64,000 nt of DNA from a virus (lineage: Duplodnaviria > Heunggongvirae > Uroviricota > Caudoviricetes). The notes under the pieces were generated by a model. That model saw only the letters and a list, made by a program, of their open reading frames with translations, was not told the DNA's origin and searched no databases. Below, piece by piece: positions 55,720-64,000 of the stretch (the stretch's first letter is position 1; every line of letters starts with the position of its first letter). Location of the stretch: positions 1 through 64,000 of IMG/VR virus record IMGVR_UViG_3300032007_000006; one strand, given 5' to 3'. Both the position numbers and the translations under genes were made by a program.

Positions 55720-55795
55720 AAAAGTTCGTTGAAAGGTGGCTTCTGCCACCTTTCTTATTGCGTAAATACAAGATACAGACCAGTCCAAATAATCA

Positions 55796-57628
55796 ATGTC
55801 TAAAACAGCGTTGACAAATAAAGTGGCCTTGGCCAGCACTGGAAACAAACTAAAGCATTGGACGCAGGCAATTCGCGATCTTTACGCAGAACTGCTTGAG
55901 TTGAAGGCTGGCGTAGTTCCAGAATATCATGCTTCAACGACGAAACAGTATGGCATAGGCGACACTTTTCGATATGGTCATCTTCGTTTGCTGGACAGAC
56001 TATTGTATCAGTTTAAGCAAAATGAAGATGGAACTTGGTGGACGCAGTCCAATATTCCAGAAATAGATGGCTATAGATGGAATGCAGTAACATGGCATTT
56101 AGGCCTTTTTGTTGCTGTTGGTTCCAATGGAAGAATTGTTACTTCTAGAGATGGCAAAGTATGGGATGACGTTCACTGGGTAGAGCGGGTTGAAACTCCA
56201 GCCAACTTTGAGTTTTTTGATGTAAAGTGGTGTGGAGACATGTTCATTGCCGTAGGCTCCTACAACTCCTTCGTATATTCCTATGATGGAACCTACTGGC
56301 ATTCTCCAATGTACGTTGGTTCAGTGTATACGGATTCAGGAGTGCTGGCCAGCGCAAACATGAATGACTTGACCATTCGTCCTACGGCTTTCAAGTCAAA
56401 AGACGCATGGAAGGGAATAGCATACGACAAAAAGACAGGACTTATCTTTCTTTGTGGTACGCAGTGCAAGACTATTGTGTGCCGGCATGTACCTACGGAA
56501 ACCGTTTCAACAATTCTGTTTGGAAATACGGAATTTCATGTTGATGGTGCTGAAAGAGACAGTCACGTTCTTAATTCCGTTGCCGCAAAGGAACTGGATG
56601 GTTCAACGTCCTTTGTTGCATGCGGCAACTGGAATGAAATGGTTCAAGGTTCTGTCAGATGGAATGCAATTGACATAACAAACATTGAATGGGGAAGGGC
56701 CGACCGTTCCCCATTGACTGTTGAAGACAACATTCATTCTGTTGCCGCAGGAACAATCAACGAAAGCACTGGATGGAATAACATTTCCGTTCAGGATGGA
56801 ACAGATGGCCGATCATATTTCGTTGCAGTTGGTTCCAATGGCCAGGCAGTAATGTCGTTGACTGGCATTGAAGATTCCTGGAACGTTCCGGTATATGAAG
56901 ATACGACTGTCAAAACAAATCTGCAATGTCAGGCCAAAGGATGGAATCTTGTTGTTTCTGCTGGATCCTGGACAAACGCACAAAATCCAAACATTATCAT
57001 GTTCAATGATTCCGTATACAAGGATACGGAAAACATGGAATTTGGCGGAGCATCGGTTTCTTCTGTTCAGCATTTCAAGACAATGGTTGACATGGGATCC
57101 TGGTTTGGTGCCGCCTATGGCGATGGCGTATTTGTTCTTGCCGGCGACAAAAACCATCTGTACTGGAGCGAAATAGAAGAGGAAGACAGCAGTGGTGCAG
57201 CTCTTTCAATTGAATTCTACAAGAGATACATTGCTGAACTTGAAGCGCGTCTCCGCGATCTTGAAGCGAAAATGATTATTACCGATCTGGCCTTCGTTGA
57301 ACTTGACAATGAAACCAGATCATTCATGTGGACAGACAATCCAGCGCACATGTTTGCAACAGGCGGAAACGTTACTCTGAACTTCATTGCGGCGCCGCAA
57401 TATATATACAAAGAAATGATGATCTATCTTGAAGCCAGACGCGATACAACTTTGTCCCTGTCTGGAGCTGGAGAATGGGAAAATGATCTTCTGCAGCCAG
57501 AATGGGGAATGGAAGGATCTCATATGGCTTTGAAGGCCATCTTTATTGGTTCTAGAGTGATTGTGCAGATTATAGACAACGACCAGCTGGCAGACAACCT
57601 TGCCCTGCTGGACGAAATTCAACCATAA
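55796..57628 (+). CDS. virion beta-propeller (BNR/YCF48-like) fibre-associated protein
   Basis: HAS..YG.G..YGH fibre motif; repeated FVAVG.NG..SxDGxxW. Confidence 0.75.
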   Translation: MSKTALTNKVALASTGNKLKHWTQAIRDLYAELLELKAGVVPEYHASTTKQYGIGDTFRYGHLRLLDRLLYQFKQNEDGTWWTQSNIPEIDGYRWNAVTWHLGLFVAVGSNGRIVTSRDGKVWDDVHWVERVETPANFEFFDVKWCGDMFIAVGSYNSFVYSYDGTYWHSPMYVGSVYTDSGVLASANMNDLTIRPTAFKSKDAWKGIAYDKKTGLIFLCGTQCKTIVCRHVPTETVSTILFGNTEFHVDGAERDSHVLNSVAAKELDGSTSFVACGNWNEMVQGSVRWNAIDITNIEWGRADRSPLTVEDNIHSVAAGTINESTGWNNISVQDGTDGRSYFVAVGSNGQAVMSLTGIEDSWNVPVYEDTTVKTNLQCQAKGWNLVVSAGSWTNAQNPNIIMFNDSVYKDTENMEFGGASVSSVQHFKTMVDMGSWFGAAYGDGVFVLAGDKNHLYWSEIEEEDSSGAALSIEFYKRYIAELEARLRDLEAKMIITDLAFVELDNETRSFMWTDNPAHMFATGGNVTLNFIAAPQYIYKEMMIYLEARRDTTLSLSGAGEWENDLLQPEWGMEGSHMALKAIFIGSRVIVQIIDNDQLADNLALLDEIQP

Positions 57629-57655
57629 TCATAAAAGCAAGGGAGAATATAGAAA

Positions 57656-58774
57656 ATGCCAGCAATATTGACTTCAAATGCATCGGTTATTGCCGCTGAA
57701 AACTTTGTAACTTCAATTCATGAAAATGATGCCAATCTCTATCTCGGCGTGGGTCGTGGATATGATGATCAGCAGATGAGCCCAGTTGGAACGAATAATC
57801 CAGTAGACGGAAAATATGATGACTACAACAGATGGACGGATGAATACACTCCGCCTACGCCGAGGGATACGCTGAATGACGTCAGCAATTTTTTGGCCAA
57901 TCTTATCGGTATAAAGAAAATCTCACCATCAAACATTATGCTTATAGTTCCCCGCAATGACTGGGCGCCAGGCAAGGTATACTATCCTGTAAACCCGGCT
58001 GCCGTTGCAGGTAAACGGGCGCAGAACTACTACTGCCTCACTTCAGATGAACGCGGAAACAACAATGTCTGGGTCTGCGTTGGCAAAAGCGATTCAGCCG
58101 CTGGATCTACTGTTGAGCCTTCTCTTGCGTATAGGGAAACAATGCACGATGAAGATCATCCAGTTGGATACCACTATATTGCAAACAATGTAGTGAAAAC
58201 TGGCGATGGATATGAATGGCTGTTCCTCTACAACATCACCACGACCATGATCAATGCAGGCCTTCTGCTTGAAAACTGGATGCCAGTTCCATACAATCAC
58301 CATGGCGTATCTGGTGGTTCAATCACTGAAACCCAGGATTTATATGGCGACATGAACGCCAATAGAACTCTTGGAGCCTACAGAGTGCTTGTAACGTGCA
58401 ATCTTGGCGATGAAGGAGATGCAATTCCATACAGCAGCATATATCGTCAAATTGGTCTGCTTGTCGATCCTCGTTCAAGCACCACTATATATAGGCATCC
58501 AAATGTTGGTGGCGATGAAAATGGTTCAAACTATCATGATCAGGGAGAAGATACCAATTCGGCCGCTGATGATGCCAATACCCATTCTGAATATCAGATG
58601 ATGGGTGCAAGACTTACTGGTGAAAGATATCCCGCAGAGCAGGTTGACACTCGTTCCGGCACGACAGAAGATTCCATTGCAAATCCTGTGCAGTGCATCT
58701 TCCTCGAAAACAAGAAGGCTGTAATGAGAGAAGAAAGTCAATCTGAAAAACTTGTAATGATACTGGTGTTCTAA
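57656..58774 (+). CDS. gp8: baseplate wedge protein (T4 gp8-like)
   Basis: LYLGVGR..W.DE..PPTP.D; IGIKKI; PRNDW; GDGYEWLFLY; YRQIGLLVDP; ENK...R...QSE...ILVF. Confidence 0.88.
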   Translation: MPAILTSNASVIAAENFVTSIHENDANLYLGVGRGYDDQQMSPVGTNNPVDGKYDDYNRWTDEYTPPTPRDTLNDVSNFLANLIGIKKISPSNIMLIVPRNDWAPGKVYYPVNPAAVAGKRAQNYYCLTSDERGNNNVWVCVGKSDSAAGSTVEPSLAYRETMHDEDHPVGYHYIANNVVKTGDGYEWLFLYNITTTMINAGLLLENWMPVPYNHHGVSGGSITETQDLYGDMNANRTLGAYRVLVTCNLGDEGDAIPYSSIYRQIGLLVDPRSSTTIYRHPNVGGDENGSNYHDQGEDTNSAADDANTHSEYQMMGARLTGERYPAEQVDTRSGTTEDSIANPVQCIFLENKKAVMREESQSEKLVMILVF

Positions 58775-58775
58775 C

Positions 58776-58952
58776 ATGACTGTACGCGAATTAATTGGAA
58801 TGCTTGAAGACGTTGAAGAAGCAAACGCAGAGATTTTAATTGAAACCCAGGACAATATTGTTACTGAAGTGAGTCTTATTGAAGATGAAGTCTCTGATGA
58901 TGAAGGAAATACCCAGTGTCTCTATAAACTGGTAGCGGAAGAGTATCTGTAG
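58776..58952 (+). CDS. acidic microprotein (58 aa, not in ORF track)
   Basis: MTVRELIGMLEDVEE...; begins 1 nt after the gp8 stop. Confidence 0.6.
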   Translation: MTVRELIGMLEDVEEANAEILIETQDNIVTEVSLIEDEVSDDEGNTQCLYKLVAEEYL

Positions 58953-59086
58953 AACATTCTGCTAAATTTTTGAATTAAAGGCGGCTTTGGCCGCCTTTTT
59001 TCGCTGTTAAATTAGTTTGTCGGTCTAGTGCCTATGAAAGACTGAACAATCATATGTGGCCAATAGATGGCCTATGGAGGACAGTT

Positions 59087-59473
59087 ATGGATGATCTTAT
59101 GCTTTACATTGTTAGAGGAATTCCTGGTTCTGGAAAATCTCAAATTGCCGAGATTCTTGCTCCAGAACACCATTATGAAGCGAATGACTACTTCTACAAC
59201 GCAAAGACTGGCGAGTTTAAGTACAACCCATACGAACTGGACAAAGCCCATAAGAAATGCTTCAAAAACGTAGAAAACGCCATGATGAAAGGCGTTCCGA
59301 AAATTGCAGTGGCCAATACGTTTGTCAAAAAATGGGAATATGAACCTTATGTTGAATGCGCCACCAAACTAGGCTACACAGTATTCATCATTATCTGCAA
59401 GGGTTCTTTTATTTCTCCACACGACATTCCAGATACGAAGATTCGCAACATGATGCAGAATTTTGAATACTAA
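59087..59473 (+). CDS. P-loop kinase (N4BP2/AAA_33-like)
   Basis: LYIVRGIPGSGKS, EANDYF, AHKKC, VANTF..WE..PY, H.IP; SD GGAGG. Confidence 0.85.
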   Translation: MDDLMLYIVRGIPGSGKSQIAEILAPEHHYEANDYFYNAKTGEFKYNPYELDKAHKKCFKNVENAMMKGVPKIAVANTFVKKWEYEPYVECATKLGYTVFIIICKGSFISPHDIPDTKIRNMMQNFEY

Positions 59474-59480
59474 AGAAGGA

Positions 59481-59894
59481 CTAGTTCTTTTTTCCCTTAA
59501 AATTTTCAAGTTTCCTGGCAAGTTCATCGGACCAGGGAATTTTATCGAGATCCGCTTCTGGAATTGGTTGATCGTAGTAAAGTCCAAGCCATTCCAGAAG
59601 CGTTTTTGCATTTGAATAGCTGCTCGAAGAAACTAGTGCTGTAATAATTCTTGTCGCTGTCTCTTTTGAAAAGCTTCCATTGATTCCATTTCCAAATGCA
59701 ACGGCCTTTCTTAGCGATTTTTCATTGAAAGTGCCTGCTGATATGCAGTTTACCAGACCGTCTAAACATTTTATGGATTTGAAATATGCATTCCATGTTT
59801 TTTCTGGATTAAGAAATTGCGTTATTGCATAGTATCTATAGGTTTTCTCTGTTAGGGGAGAAGACCACATTTTTCTGCCCTGTTCGCTGTCCAT
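59481..59894 (-). CDS. hypothetical protein
   Basis: 137-aa ORF downstream of a TTAAATA box. Confidence 0.65.
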   Translation of the reverse strand: MDSEQGRKMWSSPLTEKTYRYYAITQFLNPEKTWNAYFKSIKCLDGLVNCISAGTFNEKSLRKAVAFGNGINGSFSKETATRIITALVSSSSYSNAKTLLEWLGLYYDQPIPEADLDKIPWSDELARKLENFKGKKN

Positions 59895-59953
59895 GCAATC
59901 TACAATTCCTAATATTTAAAAAGGCGGCTCATATGAGCCGCCCTTGCATTCTT

Positions 59954-62900
59954 CTAGTAGACCGCTACGGCCCTTAGATTTCTAAATCTTGGAATATCTC
60001 TTGAGTTTAGTGTCAACATCTGGAATCTTAGAATATAGGAATCAAATTCATTCAATTCCAGAGCTGGAGCTAGACTGTATGTGTATTCCATGAAGTTTGT
60101 TTCTCTTTCTGTAGTCTGAGTATAGTCGTTGACGTCCAGCTGCATCCATTGGGAATCTTCAACAGCATCATCTTGAAGACTTGATACAATCAAGACGCAT
60201 GGAATCCTCTGCCAGTATACAGCATCGCTTGATGGAGCAAGACCGGCATCTACGTTGTCGTAGGCGCACATCCAAATAGATCCATTAAACAGACAGACTT
60301 CTCCCTTGAGATAGGTCCTGTCATTTTCATATTCGCGGCATGAAATGCCATCATAGTTCGGACGATCTGCATTTGGATCACTTGAAACAACGCTTCTTGG
60401 AATATTGTTTGGCGTGAATGGACCTATCATTGGAATGGCCACTACGCCATATATCTGACAGCTAGTAGTATGATCTGTTGAATTGTACTGCACTACAGCC
60501 CTTCTGCTTCCTCCATTCTCTGAAAGGTCAGACTTTATCGAATAGGAAGTTGGAGAAGGAAGAATGTCAAGATTCACTGGATCCTTTACTACAAGCTTGA
60601 CGGCTTTTGTGTCGACCTTATTTTCGGAATCTGATTGAATTGAGTCGGCAAGAATCTCATCGGTTTTCTTTGAAGCGCCTTTGAATATGGCAGAGGAATG
60701 ACTGTATGTGGAAGCATAGTTGTTTCCATACAGTTCCTGATTTGGAAGGATGAATTTCATTTCGCTGTTGCCAGCATCCATGACATAGTACCAGAAGTAG
60801 ACGCGCTGATTGCATATTTCCTTCCAGGAAGATTCCTGATAGCCAGGAAGAAGAAGGGATTCAATTGTATCAATGCCTGCATTCTCGTTTGGAATGTCAT
60901 TGTAGAGAACATAGTCATTTTCTGCAAGAGATGGAGTCCAGAGAGCCTTGGACTTCTTGGACGCTCCTGCTCCAGTCGTCTTGATATAGGCCCTAATTAG
61001 AGAATGATTTGGAAGCATTGCATCAATTGCAACGTTGATTCCAAGGGCTGGATTCTTCAATGCAATAGTCTTGCTGACGTATGTACCAGCATCATAGTAT
61101 TTCAGACCATTGATTATTTCAATTGGCTCCTTTCCTGAACCACCACTGCCATCGCTTCCAGAAGCTCCACCAATAACGTTTCTCGTAAACACTCCATGGA
61201 AGTCTTCAAGATCAATTTGAGGAGCAATGTTTCTGTCTGTAGTCATCAACGTGGCCCTAATCTTGAAGGAACTGTTCTTGTTGGATTCTACCTTTGTTCC
61301 ATTCGCTTCATCGCTTTTAGTCTCCATGACGTTGTTGATGGATATTCCATCAATATTGTCAAAGAATATGCTCTGCTTGTTGGTCATTGGCTTTGAATCT
61401 GAGATTGATGAATCCGTATACCAGCAAAAGTCTATTGAAGTGCCAGTTGGAATATAGGTTCCAGCAGAAATTGTAACCGAATTGGCAAGAAATTCGTCAG
61501 AACCTTCGCCAGACTGAGCAGTTCCTGGAAGACTTGATGGAATGCCAGTGTTGATTGAAACCATATCATCAACGGAAAAGTCTGCTATGCATGGAATTCC
61601 AGTGTCATACTGATACTTGTACATTCTGAATGTTATGTCGGAAAGCTGCTCCTGCGTCCATGTTCTCAAGTTCTGCGACTTGAACATGGATCCAACATAA
61701 GGCTGTTCCTTGACGCCAATTCCAGTAACAATGTCGGCTTCTCCCAGAGTTGACGTATAGATTTCATAGTTGTATGATGGAGCATATACAATGAAGGCAT
61801 ATTCAGTCAATCCCTTGAGATGAAGAGGAGCAGAGAATGTAAAGGTTGTCGGCTTTGGATTTCCCTTTGCAAATTCTTCCTTGGTAACTACAGAAACCTT
61901 GTTCGCTGGAACGAATACCTGCGAAAATGGAACCATGGTCTGACCAGGGAATCCATTTTCACATTCAACAATGAATATTTCAACGCCAACCGTTGGATCC
62001 TTTGTTGCAAAGTAGACTTGAATGGACTCAAGAGTAATTCCATTCGGCTCTTCTACATAGAAGCTTTCTGCTATTGGGTCGCCGTTGTGACGTATTAGCG
62101 TAGATTCGGAAACTGTTTCAGTCTTTATCTTCTTTCCAAGCGAAGTGGAACTTTCTCCCATGGTTTCGCTTGTCTGAGCAGTCCATGTACGAATGTACTT
62201 TCTGTCTACATCAACCCATACAGTCTTTCCGTTTGCTGTGTAGTCGGCAGAAGCCGTGGACGTCTGTTCGTCATCATAAAATTCCACAAGTTTCGTGCCA
62301 ACAGGCATGTTCTCTGGAACAACAAAGTATCCGACATACGTTCCATCATCATTGATGGTAATTGTGTCAGTATATCTTCTGTCATTTTCGTTTGGCTTTT
62401 CAAATTCAGAAACAGTAAGAAGCTTTAATGGAACTTTGTCCATTTTTGCTCTCATTATCTGATTTGGACGCATTCCTTCAAGATTGAAGCGGACGCATCT
62501 GACGCGCATGAACTGATCCTGCCTTTCCATTGAAGTTTCAGTATCTACGGCCTGCCAGTCTCCAATGTAGGTAGTCTTTTCAGTAACAGTAGTGCTTGTA
62601 ATGGTTTGATATGTTGTAATGTCGGAAATGGTAGTTGCTGGTTCCCACCAGCCTGCTCTTCCATCAACCACTGTATGCGTTAATCTTTGATCCGCTGGAA
62701 CATTTCCCCAATATGTTCCATATGTGGCATCAATCTGCGCTACAGTCATTCCTGATGGAATTGTTCTTCTTTCTGTCTTCTGCTGGGTTGTTCCATATGT
62801 TGTTACGTCCCAGGAACGGAAAGTGTCTGGTGGACGATTTGCGTTTTCGTCTCCCTTTTCATGTTCCGTGACAATTTTGCCAAGATCATTTACCCAGGTG

Positions 62901-64000
62901 TCAATTGCTGGAGTGAGAACAAGATTGCCATTCCACACGACAAACATCATGGCCTGAAGGTTTGTTGCAGATGTGGCCATGTCATTTTTTGCATACAGCC
63001 AGCTGTATTCTGATGGACATCCTTCAGCTTCCCAGTTTGGATTTCTTGCAGGAGCAATAGTGAGAATGTTTCCACCACTCATTGCATTGCTGCCAGCATC
63101 CTTCTGCGTTTGACCATAGACGGCGCAGAGACTTTCTTGGGTACCGCCAATGGTTTCCAGACTTTGCAGCCTGTATCCTTGACCATCATTAATATAATGA
63201 CCAGTTAATGAAAATCCCCAGTCCTTCGCTTCAAAGTCGGCCCTTACGCACTGTTCAACGGCATCAATAGTGGCCTTCCAGTTTTCATCTCTGAAGTCTG
63301 AACCTCCAAATCCATTGAACGTGTCCGTAAAGATGCCGCATTTGTATCGGCTTAATCCATCTTCATCCGTAATCTGCATGTTTGCCGCAGACTGTTCGCT
63401 CATGGAAAGGGAAACAATCTCTTCAAGACTTGAAAGTCTTTGCGCCAGATTGTTGATGTCAACCATGGTATGACGATTGTTGTTTATGTACTGAAGAACA
63501 ACCTCATTTAGCGTTTTGCCATACGGCTGATTGACAATGTTGTATATGACCATTGTTCCATCCTTTTCCGATGGTGGAAGAGGATTGTCGGATGAAATTC
63601 CCTGAGTTATCTCAAATTTTCCATTCTTGTCTATCCATACGCTGTCAATGCGTGGAAGATAGGTTGCAATGTCATACTGCACTCTGGAAGCAGGCATTGG
63701 AACAATTGAAATCCAGCTTCTGTCCTGTCCTTCCATTGTTGAAGCGTCGTAGTCTGGTCTAAAGTCTATGCAGTTTGTAAGATTGTACCAGGCTCCAGAA
63801 GCGGATCTGTATTTTGGAATGTATCTGTAGGCTTCATTGTCTTCTACAGATGTAGCCATTCCAATTGCGTCAACTCCATACACTTCTGCTAGACGCTGCC
63901 TAAAGGTGTCTGCGTTGTCTACAGATGAAAATGCGGCAGATGTTCCAATGTTGTATGAACCAGCATAGTAGAAGCTTCCATCTGACCCAGAATGCTTCCA
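59954..64000 (-). CDS. DUF4815/VrlC-like large virion structural protein (5' truncated by the window)
   Basis: IDFRP, YLPRID, R.KCG.F.D.F, DPIAESF, YVGSMFKSQN..TWT..Q..D, PRFRNLRAVA; frame open to position 64000. Confidence 0.88.
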   Translation of the reverse strand, partial: WKHSGSDGSFYYAGSYNIGTSAAFSSVDNADTFRQRLAEVYGVDAIGMATSVEDNEAYRYIPKYRSASGAWYNLTNCIDFRPDYDASTMEGQDRSWISIVPMPASRVQYDIATYLPRIDSVWIDKNGKFEITQGISSDNPLPPSEKDGTMVIYNIVNQPYGKTLNEVVLQYINNNRHTMVDINNLAQRLSSLEEIVSLSMSEQSAANMQITDEDGLSRYKCGIFTDTFNGFGGSDFRDENWKATIDAVEQCVRADFEAKDWGFSLTGHYINDGQGYRLQSLETIGGTQESLCAVYGQTQKDAGSNAMSGGNILTIAPARNPNWEAEGCPSEYSWLYAKNDMATSATNLQAMMFVVWNGNLVLTPAIDTWVNDLGKIVTEHEKGDENANRPPDTFRSWDVTTYGTTQQKTERRTIPSGMTVAQIDATYGTYWGNVPADQRLTHTVVDGRAGWWEPATTISDITTYQTITSTTVTEKTTYIGDWQAVDTETSMERQDQFMRVRCVRFNLEGMRPNQIMRAKMDKVPLKLLTVSEFEKPNENDRRYTDTITINDDGTYVGYFVVPENMPVGTKLVEFYDDEQTSTASADYTANGKTVWVDVDRKYIRTWTAQTSETMGESSTSLGKKIKTETVSESTLIRHNGDPIAESFYVEEPNGITLESIQVYFATKDPTVGVEIFIVECENGFPGQTMVPFSQVFVPANKVSVVTKEEFAKGNPKPTTFTFSAPLHLKGLTEYAFIVYAPSYNYEIYTSTLGEADIVTGIGVKEQPYVGSMFKSQNLRTWTQEQLSDITFRMYKYQYDTGIPCIADFSVDDMVSINTGIPSSLPGTAQSGEGSDEFLANSVTISAGTYIPTGTSIDFCWYTDSSISDSKPMTNKQSIFFDNIDGISINNVMETKSDEANGTKVESNKNSSFKIRATLMTTDRNIAPQIDLEDFHGVFTRNVIGGASGSDGSGGSGKEPIEIINGLKYYDAGTYVSKTIALKNPALGINVAIDAMLPNHSLIRAYIKTTGAGASKKSKALWTPSLAENDYVLYNDIPNENAGIDTIESLLLPGYQESSWKEICNQRVYFWYYVMDAGNSEMKFILPNQELYGNNYASTYSHSSAIFKGASKKTDEILADSIQSDSENKVDTKAVKLVVKDPVNLDILPSPTSYSIKSDLSENGGSRRAVVQYNSTDHTTSCQIYGVVAIPMIGPFTPNNIPRSVVSSDPNADRPNYDGISCREYENDRTYLKGEVCLFNGSIWMCAYDNVDAGLAPSSDAVYWQRIPCVLIVSSLQDDAVEDSQWMQLDVNDYTQTTERETNFMEYTYSLAPALELNEFDSYILRFQMLTLNSRDIPRFRNLRAVAVY

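Noticed and set aside
59481-59894. T4 gp59 helicase-loader homolog
   Set aside because: Too short and only vaguely similar; left as hypothetical
203-59956. TAG reassignment (genetic code 15) or a suppressor system
   Set aside because: Recognisable proteins (PhoH, gp19, gp53, DUF4815) end at TAG at their natural C-termini, next genes start right after with SDs, long ORFs are unbroken in code 11, and no CUA tRNA is seen
1-64000. Integrase, transposase, introns, inteins or homing endonucleases
   Set aside because: No such motifs were recognised; conserved genes appear uninterrupted

Overview
A 64 kb segment of a large lytic T4-like (Tevenvirinae-style architecture) myovirus. Several independent clues point to an anaerobic Gram-negative host, probably Desulfovibrionaceae. 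The left third (1-19.9 kb, mostly minus strand) is an accessory/early region with four tRNAs (Ser-GGA, Thr-CGT, Ser-GCT, Thr-GGT), about 45 small genes in several paralog families, PhoH, an ATP-dependent DNA ligase, a J-domain protein and about 11 near-consensus sigma70 promoters. The middle (20-32 kb) holds a tail fibre with an inverted, decayed alternative tip cassette and scrambled fibre remnants, an AT-rich kinase + U32-family pair, and a 2527-aa LapA-like bacterial adhesin. The right half is a T4-like virion module: multi-hydrolase tape-measure/hub protein, gp48, gp53, hub, split gp5, small terminase, capsid-targeted internal-protein-like genes, tube, sheath, S74-chaperoned fibre, gp8 and a DUF4815-type protein running off the end. 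The most notable signals are (i) a tandem array of consensus sigma54 (-24/-12) boxes upstream of early sigma70 promoters, (ii) a phage-borne T1SS-type adhesin retaining a LapG-type PAAG site, (iii) an invertible tail-fibre tip, (iv) about 10 proteins with T4-like capsid-targeting N-termini, one of them a DnaJ-domain protein, and (v) strong TAG stop-codon dominance. All family assignments come from motif recognition by eye, not database searches.
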